A DNA stretch of 64,000 nucleotides, from contig CM052816.1 of the NCBI GenBank assembly GCA_028534125.1, positions 18,664,001 through 18,728,000 on the forward strand, written 5' to 3'. Every line of letters starts with the position of its first letter. Position 1 is the first letter of the stretch. Under the pieces are notes generated by a model. It made no database searches. It was not told the DNA's origin and saw nothing but the letters and a program-made list of their open reading frames with translations. Position numbers and translations under genes: made by a program. Of this stretch, positions 26,031 through 40,579 are shown one piece after another. Origin of the DNA: Lama glama (Eukaryota).

Positions 26031-27088
26031 TATCACAAATACCCAAGTTCAAGGAGTTCCCTAAATTCAGCCTGGGTTCCTCCTTCCTGTGTAGTAGTTG
26101 AGAAACTCTCATGGCAGTAAAAGGGGGGCACTCATAGGGCTTCTGATGCCTTGTGTCTTGAAAGCTGTTGTTTCTAATATTTTATCTCCTCTCCTTCCAC
26201 TTTTTCCTCCCAATGAGGGTAAATCCAGTTCCTATTTCTCTATCTTGGATGAATTGAGAGGTCTCCTCCTCTTATTTTGTAGTGGCTAAATGAGACGTTC
26301 CCCTCACATGGAAACACCACAAGTCCTTTAACTATTATCCTACTGCTGATATTTAGTTTTTACTATTATGAAGATCGTAAGTCTTTATGCACTTCTGTGA
26401 ATACTACTGAAGAATATTTCTAAAATTGGAATTATTGGTTCAACTACAATAGATTTTGATTCATATGGCCATGTCTAAAAAAATAATGTTGGCCAGAAAA
26501 TTGTGATATACTTCATTTCAAACTAAGGAGCACAAAATTACACCAATAACATTTTTTTAAAAGAGGATCTCTGTATAGTCCTTTCATAGTAAGTATTATT
26601 GTCATACTATGAGCAAATACTGATTCTGGTGGTTTGAATCAGGGTGGTCTAGGTTATCTACAGTAACAACTGCAAATCATAATGCTTTAACACAAAAGTG
26701 GTTTAATTCTCAGTCATGCTACATTTCTCTAATTTTCATAATTCAGCTGGGAGCTTTGGTCCCTGTTGTCTTCATTCTGGGACCAAGGATGATGAAGCAG
26801 TTTCTATTTAGAAAGTTATCAGTCTGTCACACAGGGGAAGAGACATTGTGGGAGGCATACACTGTATCTTATATGTCTAATCACATGTCAATTCCATCCT
26901 CATTTAATTGGCCAAAGCTAGTCAAAATGGTCACATTCAAATTTAGGTGGCTGAGAAAATGCAATTCTATACCTGGAAAGAAAAACCCAGGATATCTGGG
27001 AACAGCCCTAATGACTGGCCACATTTGTAAAGGTGTACAATCAAAATTTCACCAAAAATATTTTCAAGCATAAAAACATGTCTCACTT

Positions 27089-27742
27089 TGAGGAATTACA
27101 AAGTTCAGGAAAGGATAGTCCCTAAGACTGCAGTCACTTCTGACACCAACTACAGACATCTGGGGTCCCCGAGACCATCTTGCCTCTGACACCATTCAGG
27201 GGTCCTCAAGACCCCCCTCAGATGGATAATTTACTCTAAGGACTCACAGAACTCACTGAAAGCTGTTATACTTATGGTTACAGTTAATTACGGTGAAAAG
27301 ATACAGATCAGAATCAGCCAAGGAAAAGAGATGCATTGGGCAAAGTCCAGGAGAGTTCCACATGTGAGTTACAAGTTGTCATCTCCCAGTAGAGGCATGG
27401 ACAGCACTAAATTCTCCTGGCAACAATATATGACAATATGCATGGAGTGTTGCCAACCAGGGAAGCTCATTTAAGCCTTGGTGTCCAGAGTTTTATTGGG
27501 GCTTGGTCACATAGACATGGTTGACTGATTATTCTCCAGCACCTCCAAAGGTGGAGATGATACCATGTGGTGCAAAGCCCTCATCATAAATCACACCATT
27601 AGACTGTTTGGTGTGGCCCAAAGACCCAGGCAAACAAAGACACTGTTATCAGGCAGGACATTCCAAGGACTTAGAGATCTCACTGCAGGAGCTGAGGGCA
27701 AAGAGCAGCCCTCTCGTTGGGTAAGGATAACTGTACTACACA
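27089..27742. mobile_element. LTR of the MER21/MER77 group
   Basis: ggactcacagaactcactgaaagctgttata...gatacagatcagaatcagccaagg...ccttggtgtccagagttttattgggg is recognisable for this LTR group. It has an internal imperfect duplication of ctgacacca...ggggtcc. Confidence 0.6.
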
Positions 27743-30700
27743 GGGGTTAAATCATATTTGATTCAACATCATTTTAGAGCCCTACAATGAAATTGTTTCT
27801 GTATCCTATTGAAAGAAAAATACATTTGAATTATATCAGTAATATTTGCTACCTAATAAAAAGTCTTTATTTTGGTAACATGATGGAAAAAAACAATGCC
27901 ACATTTGCCAAACATATTACCTAGATAAAGACTCTCTAAGAGTTGTTTTTGTTATAGTTTGTCCCAATTGAACCCTAAAATCAACATAATTATCCTCTGA
28001 ATAATAGTAATAATTATCCTCTATCCTGCCTTTTATTAAAAAATTGTTTTTTAATATTTTAAAAGATATATAATCTATTTTCTAAATATGTTAAGACTTT
28101 ATGCTTTCACTTCATATTCCTTTAGACTAAGCTTTTGCCAAAGGAAATTAGTAAAGTAAAAATTAAGGCTTTTCATTTAAAAATCAGAAATGCCAGCTAG
28201 TGCGTCTCAAAATATTGAAGAACTTGCTGCTGTTTGCACTGTATTCAAAAACAGTATGAAGCCCCTGTAAAAAGAGAAATTATGAAATACGCATTTCTAA
28301 ATGGGTCAGGGTTAGTCATCACTGATAATACTGATTCAAAGGCACTATCCTGTTTTGAAAAGTGAATAAAATCAAGGGGATTGCATGGAGCTCAAGGATT
28401 GATAAACATCATGTTCTATCTGGTGTAAGGTAGCTCTGTCTTATGCCATCTTGTGAATCTGAACTCATTTCTTAAAATGGAGAAGAAAAATGATTTTTAA
28501 CCTATTGTTTTTCAGTAACGCTCTTCTCATCAAGCTTTATAATGCCATCTTTAAAATAAAATGTAACACTGAATTATATTTTCCAACTTTATAAATTACC
28601 TGATTTTAAAAGCTGTAACTCAAGTAAAAGATTCTGCAAATACATTTTGTTTTAAAAAGAAATAAATTAATTTATTGCTACCTTTAAACATTTTACAGAG
28701 ATACTTTATTAATCTAGAGATAATTTTCTTTAGTCATTTTATTTATGAAAAGCAAAATGTATATTGTTTAGCAGCACAAATCTGGGATTACTGAGAGAAA
28801 CAGGGTCAGTCATCCCAAATCATTTAATAGAAGTGGGTTAGTTTGTCATGTTTTATAGCTATTCTGGTGACTGACAATTTTTAAAGGCATTCCAAAAAGT
28901 GGTCATCAGCAAAAATGAAAATGTCTTAGATTTTTTTCACAAAAGGAAAAATTTAAAACAAATATTTTTCTTATAAGGGACAGTAAACTCTTTCAGTGTA
29001 CTAAATTTAATTTTCTTGTTTATGACATTTTCCTATATTAATTTAAAATCTTTGAAAAAACAACATATATCTTAAGATTGAAAATTAAATAAATAGTAGT
29101 TAAATTTGACTTACTGCTTTTAGAAAGAAAATGTTTCAAAGTGGATTTTTTTTTAGTGATTATTATTCATTATCATATGGGATATACTGGATTGCCAGTC
29201 AATTCCATTGAGATCATAAAAATGGAACAACTGTCAGAGGAAATAGAAAAAAAATACTATAATATTTAATGGAAGTAATTTTTAAAATGCCACAGCATAG
29301 CAGTAGAGTGGCTGCAAACACACCAATCAAGGACCTAAACAGAAACAGGACAGCTATTTTTTGCCAAGTTTCTAAGGAGACACCAAGAAAAAACAGGCTT
29401 GCAACCATCAGAAGAATTTGTTAATTAACAATGATGGTAACCAGTCTAGGACAGAGAATAGTGTAAAAAAACAACCTGTGAGTCACAACAGTCATCTGGG
29501 CAACATAGCCAGGTGCTCATGACAATAATGACAATCATTAACACTCACATCACCGCTGAACACATACACCTACTGCAAGGGTGCCTAGATGGTGGTATTA
29601 ATTAAAGTATTACAAAAGCAGAAATTCAAACAGAGCACAGCATGCCAGGTTTTTACATTATTCTGTGTGGGCTCAATCTGTTGAGTAAAATTAAGAAGCT
29701 CAATATTTAGAGGGAGAGTTACATCTTTAAATCTTTCACATGTGTATTCTTATTTGAGCCTTACAAAAATGGGGTGAGGTATGCAAAACACATTCAATAA
29801 AAATCTAAGTGAAATCACCTTCCAGGCCACATGCATACCTAGCACTAAGTGTGGCGTGGACTCTAAGGTGGGGTTTGAGGAAGAGTCTAGTCTTTAGAGA
29901 ATGCAAAAAGCCCCGGGTTTAGGAAGAACAATTTTCCTCCAGGAGCGGGGAGCAGATCTCATGTGTGAGAGTTGGAGCTATTTTCCTCCCATGATGATGG
30001 TTCACAGCACGTGTATTCAGCTGGGATGAATCTACTAAAAGAGTTATTTTATATCCCAAATCCTTGCAGAGTATTTTTGCCCTTATGTTTAATAAAAGAG
30101 GTTTTCTCTCAGAGAAAATTTTGTCACTCATTTTTCTTTATCAATATTGATCACACCTTCTTATCTTTCGGGAACTTTTCAGATCTCTGAAAGGAAATCA
30201 CGGCACCATCCACTACTGAACAAAGTGTGCTTCATTAAGAGCAAACTGCTGGTGAGTCATACCCTGAAAGTGAGTTGTTCCTTTTGAGCAGGATAATTAC
30301 ATGGGTGCTTCAGAAGAGAACCCAATCAAACTCTTATTGTATTGATGTATTTCCCTTTGGAACAGAGTTTTCATTTTCAGTCCAGAAAAAAATAATATTA
30401 AGCTTGTAGACTGCCATATATAGGTGGACTTTAACAAGTGATACTGAAGATATACAACTACTTCATTGACTCCTGAGTGTAATTTAGTTGCATTTCCTTG
30501 AATTACCTAGAATATCACACTAATAAACCATAGTATTTCTTACACAACATTCATGACAACCCTAGCACTTTTCCTAAATGGTCTCAGTATATAGTTATAA
30601 TATTATCCATAAAAGATTATAGATTTGAGGAAAAGGTCCTTTTCACAAACTCAGATTCTCCTATATTACTAGAAATTGTGGGAAAAAATTTACTTTCAAA

Positions 30701-31059
30701 TAGCCTAAATTTATTTTACATTTTTATTTTAGCTAATATTCCATAGAAATACATTGAGTACTGTAATGACTTTACTACTGAATTCTGCAGAAAAAAGTCC
30801 CAAATAGTTTTAAAATCAGATGCTTCAAATTTTAAACTGGTGTGCAGCTTCTTGTAAAGTAGAGGAAATGATGAAAGGCATCACCTTTATCTGATTGAAA
30901 GACATCACATTATCCTATTTTTTCAGCTTTGGTTTGTTCTACTCTCAGCCCAAATCACAGACATTCTTCTAGATATAGGACCATAATATGCAATGATTTT
31001 TTGAGTACACTATTTATTTAATTACATCCTATTCCATGGCAAAAGACTCTGGATGCCAT

Positions 31060-32240
31060 CTTAGGTTCTTCCTCCCTGATTGCTCTGCTCTGGCCACTCT
31101 TCTCCTTGGTTGGTTCCCCCCTCCACCCAGTACTGCAGTCTCCTCAACCTCTCCACAGTAACATGACCGGGCTCAGTTGGAGGGGCAATTCTCTCTATCT
31201 CTGCTGATTCTCCTGGTGATGTCAACTCTTCTCGAGGCTTTAGGCTCAATCTATATGTTACTGACTCCCAAACCTATATCTCTAGTCCTCAACTCTCTCT
31301 TAGATTCCAGACTTTTATATCCAATTCCCTATTTGACTTCTCTTGAATTTCCAATAGTCATCTCTAATTTATGTCCCAAGGGACTTTTATTTCTTCTTCT
31401 TCTCCTCCTTCTTCTTCAAAACCTGGTTCTCTTGCTGTTTTCCTATCTCAGTAAATAGCAATACCATGTTTTCACTTTCACCAACTCCAAACTTTGGAAT
31501 TCTCTATTCTCTTTCACATTTTACCTACAATCTATCAGCAAATCTTCTCAGCTCTCCCTTCAAAGCATGTCCAGAATCTGAATACTTCTCAGCAACCCAA
31601 CTACCACAGTCCGGGTCCAAGCCACTATCATCTCACCTGGCATGTGCAGTGGCCTCCTGACTGCCTCCCTGCCTCTGCTCTTGCTCCTAGGTGTATTCTT
31701 AATGCGGTGACCAGAGTAGTCCTGTGAGAATGTCAGCCCATGTCACTCCCCTACTTGAAACCCTCCAATGGTGTCCTTCCACTCAGAGTAAAAGACAGTC
31801 CTTCTAAGGCCCTAAGAAGCCTCCGTGCCACCTGTTCTGTGCCAGCCCATCTCTTTGACTTCATCTTCTACTACCTCCTCCATCCATCCCTCACTCTCCT
31901 CCCTGTTCTTCAAACCCTCCAAGTACTCTCCTGTCTTTGGGCCTTTGTTACTCACCTTCCCCTCTACCTAGGATGCTCTTTCCATAGATATCTGCAGGGT
32001 TTACTCCCTCTTCTCCTTCAGGGTGTTACTCAAATGACATCTGCTTTATTTTCTCCTTAGTACTAAGCACTGTATAATATACTATAAGTTTGCTTATCTA
32101 TTGCTCCCACTGGAATGTAAGCTCTAGGCAAGGCAGAATTTTTGTCTATTTTATTTACTACTGTATCCTCACTACTTATAATAGTGCCTGGCACCCAGTA
32201 TATACTCAATGAATAATTGTAGAGTGAACGAGTAAATGAT
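31060..32240 (+). mobile_element. LINE-2 3' portion
   Basis: Pyrimidine-rich L2 ORF2-like sequence ending in gaatgtaagctc...agtgcctggcacccagtatatactcaatgaataattg...gtgaacgagtaaatga. Confidence 0.8.
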
Positions 32241-32277
32241 GTCTTGTCATCTCACAAAATTGCCCCAGTAGACTGAA

Positions 32278-32311
32278 GATGGATGGATGGATGGATAGAT
32301 GGATGGATGGA
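32278..32311. repeat. (GATG)n tetranucleotide microsatellite
   Basis: gatggatggatggatggatagatggatggatgga. Confidence 0.9.
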
Positions 32312-35300
32312 CAGAGCAAGCCTATACATAGATAGGCTGGTATAATCTGTCACTACCACTCCCCAACCCCTACTCCGGGAAAAGCAGCACAAGCACCAAT
32401 ATAGAATTACAGACAGAACTTCCCATTTTAGGCTAAGGACAGCATATAATCATGTTACATTTCATATTTCTTAGAAATTAAGTATTAATAATACCTTTCA
32501 TTTGAACATCTTAAAATGTGTTTTAAAAAAAGCGGACCATAATTACAGGTACTTGTGCATCATTTTGAACACCAAGTAGTGGTAGGAGGCTTAATGGATT
32601 CAAGATCTCACTGGCTTGTGACACCTTTGTATTGGAAAAGGAAATGCAAGAAGAATCCAAGCAGCAGTTTGACATTTACAATATGTCACTTAAGACTTAG
32701 AAAGACTATTGTTGTCTTGCTTATTAGCATAAGAAAAAAGTGAAATGACTTGTAGACTATCAACAGAGTGCTGTGGTGACCTTGGGCCAGTCAGTTACCT
32801 CAGTTAACTTCACTTGCTTCTTCCTGTCTGCTCAACACATCACAGTTGAACAGACTGCTCAGAGCAGGCTCCCAGAAGGAAGTGGGTTTCACTCTTGGCA
32901 CTTTTTTTCTTAACCAAAAGTGTTTTCCTGAGGTCAAAGTGTGAGTACCACATATGCTTTGTGTTGACCATACTTACAATCTAAAGACAAGTGTTCCTTG
33001 TGAGACTGAGCCCCTACTGAGTTGCCAAATCCTGAGAATGTGGCTTTGGTGTCCTGGTCTCCTGATGGCAAGCCCCTAGCACCCCAAACCCCCTTTTCTA
33101 ATGCCCAGGACCCTCACTCTTCTTTCTTTCAAAACTAGCACACAGGAAAGCTTCTGATTACAGCTTAAACAAGCTGCCTCTTCTAAGATTGTTACAGGTC
33201 CTTTTGGAGAGATCAAAGGCAGAAGCAAAATGAAGTGCCAGTGCTGAAGTTTCAGGAGTCAACAAGCCCGGCTTCTGTGTTTGGGGAGCAGGACTCTGAC
33301 TGCCTACACCCTGGAGACAGCGCCGAGTAGGCCAAATACTCACAACCCCGGCACCCCAAGCATCTCCAGCACCTCACTGCTCTACTCATTAAAATAAACT
33401 CTGCCCCAGGGGTCGAAAGTCTGAAAGAAACTCCAACAGGCGTTATATCATATATACACAGACTTTTGGAGGAACTTAGGAGTCATTTAGTCTAACCCTC
33501 TCATTTTACAGGTGAGGAAATTGAGGTTTCTGCTGTCCTGTGAGCCTCTCAGTGCACATTCCACATCTTACTTTTGTCTGTGCTTGGAAATGACAGACTG
33601 CATTTCTCACAAAAGAATAATTCAACGTAGTCATTCTACATATCCTCTTAGTCAAAAGCTGTGATATTTGATTGAGCTTGTCAACCAGGATGCTCTAAAA
33701 ATGCTCATGTTCTAGGAATACAAATCATATAAACTTATAAGGAGATTTTCAAGTTGGACCTGAGAGGAATTAACCTGTCATCTGCTTCCAAATTGAAGTA
33801 TCCCATGATCTCAGGCACCAAGTGGTAAATCAGTGTTACCTGTTTGAGGGGAAAAAAAAAAAAAGCAAAGGTGTGGGGAGGTGTGAGTTTTAGCGCAGAT
33901 TTTGTCATAATCTAGCCATTTAACTTTGGGCAAGCACCTCATCTTTTGGGGAGATAAAAACCCTCCTAGTAAGTAACCAAACTTACTATCATCCGCTAGG
34001 ACTTGGCAGAGAGATGAGCAAAGCAAATGGGCCATAACTTTACTTTAAAGGTGAAATGCTCTCTGGTTCTGTGTCTCATCGGTCAGAGGCTTGGAGAAAG
34101 AGATGTCTGGGAAGGCTGAGAGCACATTTCTGCTATCCCTAGACTTTTTGTGGCCAGAAAATGGACACTAGGATGGAAACCAAGAACCTTCCTTCCCCCA
34201 AACCAATTTCAGTGGTAGACACATGATCCATACTTGGACAATGATAGTACCTACTGCCTTAGCAGCAGAAATAGGGCCAAAGGATAGCCAAGCAGATCCA
34301 TGCTCAGATTTCCTCAGATTGGTATACAGATCTTGGGAAACAGGAGTCCTTTTCTCTAGAGTTTATAACCTGGGTGATGCAAGCATGAATTACAGTGGCT
34401 GTTTCCTTTCGGCACACAGAGGAAGACCATCTAAAGGAACAGCAATGAGCCCAGCACAGAGATAAGCAGAGCAAAAGAAGAGACAGTGTTCCACTGATGT
34501 TGTCTAGTTCCTGGATCCAGCCATGCCTGAAGATGCTTGACTTGAAAAATTCTCTTTTCTGCCTGAACTAGCTGTAGCTGGATTTCTGTCACTTTTGATC
34601 AAAAGAATCCTGAGTAATAAATCCTCTAATTTTTCATATGAGGAAAGTGAGGCTCACATGGAAGGAATGATTGACTCAAGGTTACACAGCACATTGGGGA
34701 CAAAATCTGGACCTGAAATCAGATCTACTGATTTCCATTCCAATGCATTTTCTACTGCACTCTGCTTCATATACTCTATCTTGCGAATTATTCAACATTT
34801 TTTGAATGATAGTACAGGTCTTTTTCCATACCATACGGCATCATGGCAAAATCCACTTATTTAAGCAAAAGATGGAGGATGGACAATTTATCAAAGATTC
34901 CATGATATGAGAAGAGAGCTTACACTAACTGATTTCTGTCTAGGTTAGTCCAAATAAAAAATTCAACCATATCAGGGTCAAAGGTATAAACCATGTACTT
35001 GATTTTTTTTTCTTTTTTCTTTTTCTTTTCTTTTTTTTGCCAGTGGAACATCTACTGTATTCCAGGCACAGAACAGGGTCCTTTATAAATGTTTTCATGT
35101 GCAGCTGACTCATACTGGGCTTCATGCATAGTTGAAACTCAACAGACATAGGAAGGAAGGAAGGCAATAAAGGAGAGAAAGAGGAAAGAAGAAGAAAAGT
35201 AAAGTGGGTTTTAAGTAAAAATTGTTTTTTCTACTGCTCAACAGAGCATATATTTAATTAGTATCTTATAGTAATCGCAACACATGTCCATGAAACCTAG

Positions 35301-36369
35301 TCTGCTGTGCAACTACAGCTTTTCCTAAATTAAACAGAAGAAACTGTGAGAAAAGAAACCTCAAGTTAGAGCCTCAGACCACAAGCCTATCTTAGGAGGA
35401 CTGAACATTAGGAGCAAATGAAGTAGCAGAAGATGATGACTCCCGATAATTGTCCTAATTGTAGCAGTTCCGTGAAGTGTTATGACATGGCTCAGTCACA
35501 ATCAGTAATACTCATTTACAAGGTCTGTGGAGTAAACTGTGTGAAAGTGGGCAGTTCTGGGATTTAATAACACAATGAACAATGCTTTAGAAAACCTAAA
35601 TGCTTGATGACGAATAGATGTTAAGATTATTTTGTTTGAATTATTGTTTAGTATAAGTTATATCATTCTTTGTGATCAGACTTTTAAAACCACAAACAGG
35701 ATGCAGACAATTGGAAAAAAAAAGTTTCAGAGTCAGAAAATAAGATGGTCATCAGGAGGATGTGCGTTGCCTGGCTTTGTAAAAGTACCCAGCCACATTC
35801 AAACTTGCTCTTTTCTAGTTTTAATTCAGTAATGAAAGACAACACGCTGAAAGATTCCTTAGTAACATAATCACACAACTGAAGGGCATCTTTTACCATG
35901 TTATATAATTTAGACATAAAAAGGAAGAGGGGGAGAGATTTCACTATCAACCTCATCAAATTAGCAAAACAGAGTATACTATGTGAATTACTTGTTAAAT
36001 AAGTTTTTCTTTAGGTAAGAAATCCTCGGCCTAACTCTTAGGGTAATCTAGACATCAATAGTTTCCATCAATGGTTTTATATTCCAGGCAGAATACATTA
36101 TAATCACTATTTTTGAACTTAAGAAATATTGGTAAAATTTTACTTAAGAATGACTTTTATTAAGATTCACTGATGGCTCCGATGTCAACCTGCCATGCTA
36201 TTTACTACTGAAACGTTTATAACATGAGTGCGTGGTTCACTGTCCAGCAAATTGCTCACTGGTTTCCTGTGTTTATTCTTCCATCTGTATGCATTTAAGG
36301 CTGGCTTTGCCAGTCAGCAGTTTGCAGTCTTTTTATGAGGCAGCTACAACAGCACCACATGCAATCTTC

Positions 36370-37460
36370 ATCATTCATTCTTTAATTCAAACGTCCATTC
36401 AAAAAATATATGCCATTCACTGTTTGAGACTCTGAAAAGAGAAGTGGACCAGATAAAAATGGTCCCTGCTTTTGGAGCTTTTATTCTTGAGAGAGGAGAC
36501 CAATGAATACATGAAAAAGAAGATTTTAGAGGTTGGTAAATGCTATGGAGAAAAGAAAATAGGTAATATGATAGAGAGTGTGGGAGGAAGGCAGTATGAA
36601 TAGGGGCATTTAGAAAAATCCTTACTGAGAAGGAGACATCTGAGCTCAAACCTGGATGACAAGAAGGAGCCAGCCTGCATTTTCCAGTCTGAGGGAATAG
36701 CAGGAGCACAAAGAACAGACTGGCATTCTACAGAAGAAACAAGTCAGTGCGACTGTGAGCATGCGTGATGAGGCTGAGCAGAGGGTCCCAGCATGGGCCA
36801 CAGGGGCAGGCCAGGGGGATCAGAAACTCTGTGCCAAGGGTTTGGAGAACACCAAGGGTCTTCAAGCAGGGCAGTGATATCCGATTCATATTTTTAAAAG
36901 ATCACTCTGACTGCCAGTGGGTGATGGACCATAGGGTAAAGCTTAGGAGCGAGGAGGGCTGCTGGTTCTGTTTTTGTCGTTTGGATTCTATGCAGGGGAG
37001 GCAGGCAGAGCAGGTGAGTGGGGTTGTAATCCAGTTTTTGCACCACTCACCAAGCCCTGCGTCCAGCATGGGGCTACACTGACCTGTAGAAAGGGGTATC
37101 TTTTTCTACCACACATAATGCTCCATATAGGTAGGAAGCAGCCCCACTAATGAGAACGGGGCGGGGGGGTGGGGGAAGATACTGTAATAGTCTTTGCAAG
37201 GATAACAGTTAAGGTGGAGCAAGACAAGTAGGTTTTGCATATGTCTGAAGGAAGAGCTGGCAGGACTTACTGATGGATTAGATGTGAGGGGTGAGGGGAT
37301 AGGAGAAATCAATGGTGATCCTTAAACCCATGGGGCCTGGTGCTGTCACTGACTGAGGTAGAGAAAACTGGGAATAAACCAGATGTTTGTTTGTGTATTT
37401 GTTGGTCTTTTAGGAGAGGGGTCCAGAATTCAGTCTGGGCTAGGACTAGTCTAATATACA
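36370..37460 (-). mobile_element. LINE-2 fragments, antisense
   Basis: Starts cattcattc; contains ggtccctgcttttggagctt, gatcactctgactgc and ggacttactgatggattagatgtg. Confidence 0.65.
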
Positions 37461-40400
37461 CGTTAGATATCTTTTAACAGTCAGATTTATGAGTTAAGGA
37501 AATTTTTGGTTCCATTAAGTGTAACTCAACAATGCAAAGAAATCACAGCCTCTTCTCAGATCTCCTTCATGATTCCTGACGCACGAGGGGATGGGGGCAG
37601 GTGGAGGAAGGGAACTAGAGTTAACCCAGTCTGGGATTCTTCAACTGAGGGAAGAATTGAAATAGATTCAATCTCTCAGATTTCCACCTCATCACTCCTT
37701 TCTTCCTCAAGATGGTAGGAGCCCACGGTGCACTCCCAGCAGTACCTGGAAGGAGTCTTTGTGCCTTTTGGTCCCTCTCCCTCGTCTGGAGTCTACCGCA
37801 GTGCACCCTGTTTGCATTTCCCTGGTCACTGCTTGCCCCATTGGTGTACCCTGCTGAAGCTGGCAGCCAGTGGCTTTGTGAGAGCTCGGTGAAGGCTCTG
37901 GGACTCCCTGGCTGACTCAGCCTCTTTGTCAGCTGGCCCTATACACTCCCTGCCACATGTTCTACCCAGCTCCTGGCCCGAACGCACATCATAGCCCTAT
38001 GGACGTTTACTAGCTCTCTACTCAGCTGTGGTCCATGGACACTTTGGAAACACATGGGAATTTCTGAGTCCCATCCTCACTACGTGGGAACTGAAGGTAG
38101 CTTTAGAGAGCTACCATCCAGCGCCATCTCTGCCTGACCATGCCACACCACTGATTTCACTCTGATATGTTTGTCCACCATCTGTACCCCACCACCCAGA
38201 CTGGCATAAGGGTCAGAAGACTGATGTTTTCTTAGCCTCCAAAGTAAACTGGACAAAAACTCACAGCATTGCACTTAAGAGCTATAACACACCTCCCCCT
38301 GCTTGGGCAGAAGTTCGGAGAGGGAAGATTAGCACTCAAGTGTCTGCCTCTTCTGCCCCACCTTCTTTCCCCCACAATCCCTTGGTACCAGAAGAGGTGG
38401 GCTTCCAACTTCCATTCATCCTGGTCCATTCTTCTCCTGCCCTGGGGCAGCAAGCATCACAGCCTAGCGAGCAGAGATGGGGAGAGGGCAAGAGGAATGT
38501 TCTCTTCATATATGGAATTCGACTGTATTGAAGGATATAAAAATTCTTTCCAGTCACCTTGCTACACCTTGATGGCTGAGGGATTACGGGAAATGGTATA
38601 TGACTATTCACAGGGAAACAAAATCTGGACCTTTTTAAATATGGTACACTTATAACACAAGTTTGTAGCTCACTGCAGTTGTCAGTGCTGGAGATACAAC
38701 TGAGAGTGACCAGCATGTGGGTGGTGTAAAGCCAGGACTAAAGGAGAGCATCTAAGTCATGGCACAGAAGAGCCAAGAGCCCAAAACTGAGTGCTGGAGT
38801 GTGGAGAGGCTGGACAGAGGGCCAGGAGCCAGCAAAGGACACTGAGAGGTAGTGCATGAGACAGGAAGAAAGTCAGGAACTGTGCTGTCCCCGGGATAAC
38901 GACAGGAGCACGCTTCCAGAAAAAGGGGGTATTCGCCTGAATCAAACATTCCCAGGAGGACAAGCCTATAAAAGGAGCCTACCCACACTCTGATCCTGAC
39001 CCTGATCCTAACCAAGACCCCCAACTCTCCCTTAGAAGGATAATGAGGACGAGGTAGAATGAATGATACAATACCTTATCTAAAAGGGCCATCAGTAACA
39101 CTACTTCATAAAATCATGTAACCATTTTTAATTAAGAGGATACTCTACTCAGCAAAGGCTGCACTCTTTGAGCCAAACTGAAACCCCACTGGGAAGACTG
39201 AAGTGATGAACACTGGCCATGGGGATCCCCTGCTGTTACTGAGAACTTTTAGAGGCATTCCGCAGGACCCTCCAGTCTGCCTCTGACGCAGCATCATGAG
39301 CAGCAAAGTGACTGTTTCCTTCTTTGCTTTGCTTATCTTTTTCCTGAAACCAAAGCGGAAACACATTACTCTTTCCTTCTTTTAGGCAGACACTAACGCA
39401 CATGGTTTTGCGGGCCTGGTGTCCCAGGCATTCTGGAGACAACAGAAATATAACCAGAAATGACGCCTTTTTTTCCACCAAAAGGAGCAGTGGAATAAGC
39501 CCTTGGGATGCTCAGGGTGTCATGTCCTGCTGCCTCTTCCCACCATTGCTCTGAGGCATGGTGCCTGCCACCCTGATCTTGACTTTCACTCACACACAAT
39601 TGTGACTGTGGCCATGCAGAAGTTTTATTCATTTCCTCTATTCCATTTTTACCTATTTAATCAAATTAACACTATCTAGACTATAGAAAGAACAACAGAA
39701 ACAGTGTTGAGTTTGAATTATCTATTCACTTTAATGGTCAACCTGAGAGGCAGAATGAGATAACACAAAGAGCATGGGTTGACTCCTGGCTCTGCCTCTC
39801 ACTAGCTGAGTGACCCTGGAGGTCTACGTAGTCCAGTGGGCTGGGGAGTGTGTGGTGAGAAACCTGCCCTCTAAGTTGGGCTGGGTTCCTGCGACCTGTC
39901 ATTAGCCATGGAGGAGCAGGGCTTGCCATGATTATGAGGAGACTCAGTAAGGAACCAAGGAGACAGTCATTTTGATGCATTCCATCCAAGGGAGCAGGAT
40001 GGAGAGGTAGAAACGGAGACAGAAGCCAACAGTTTGCATTGGGGGCCAACTAGATAGAGTTAACAGACTTGAGAGGGTGTGTAGGAAGTGAATTCTACTA
40101 CAGTCCTAAAGTGCTGATACTCAGAGCCCTGCCCCCTTTGAGACAGAGGCTGCAGCTGGATGAGTCAGCCAATCCTGGGGTGGGGAGGGAGCTGCTGAGG
40201 GTACTGGGATGCTCAGACATTGGAAAGTAACCTCACTTCTCTATATGCCAACTTCTTCATTCAAAAATTCCAGGTAGTAATGCCTTCCTCAAAGAACTGG
40301 TTCAAAGTGAGATAGTGTATATAGAAAATCTAACTTAAGAGCTGGCTTATAGAAAGTGCTAAAAGAATGATTATTGAGCAACAACTGACTGAACACTTTC

Positions 40401-40579
40401 ATCTAAAGCTCTTTCCATAATTTCAAACTCAAGTTCATGGTATCCAGAACTAAGGCAGTGTCTTAAGCCCACTTGTCTTACATGTGTTCTTTCCCAACAT
40501 CCTACAGAAAAAATCCAACCATATCAGATGAAAAATTATGTATCCCAACTGGAGATGGGAGTAGGGTCTCATCCTTACA

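Noticed and set aside
30253..30269. AP-1/IRF composite element (AICE)
   Set aside because: TGAGTCA and GAAA are 6 nt apart, not the 4-nt spacing of AICE1.
38986..39020. Short imperfect hexamer repeat (ctgatc/ctgacc)
   Set aside because: Only about five degenerate units; consistent with ordinary low-complexity sequence.
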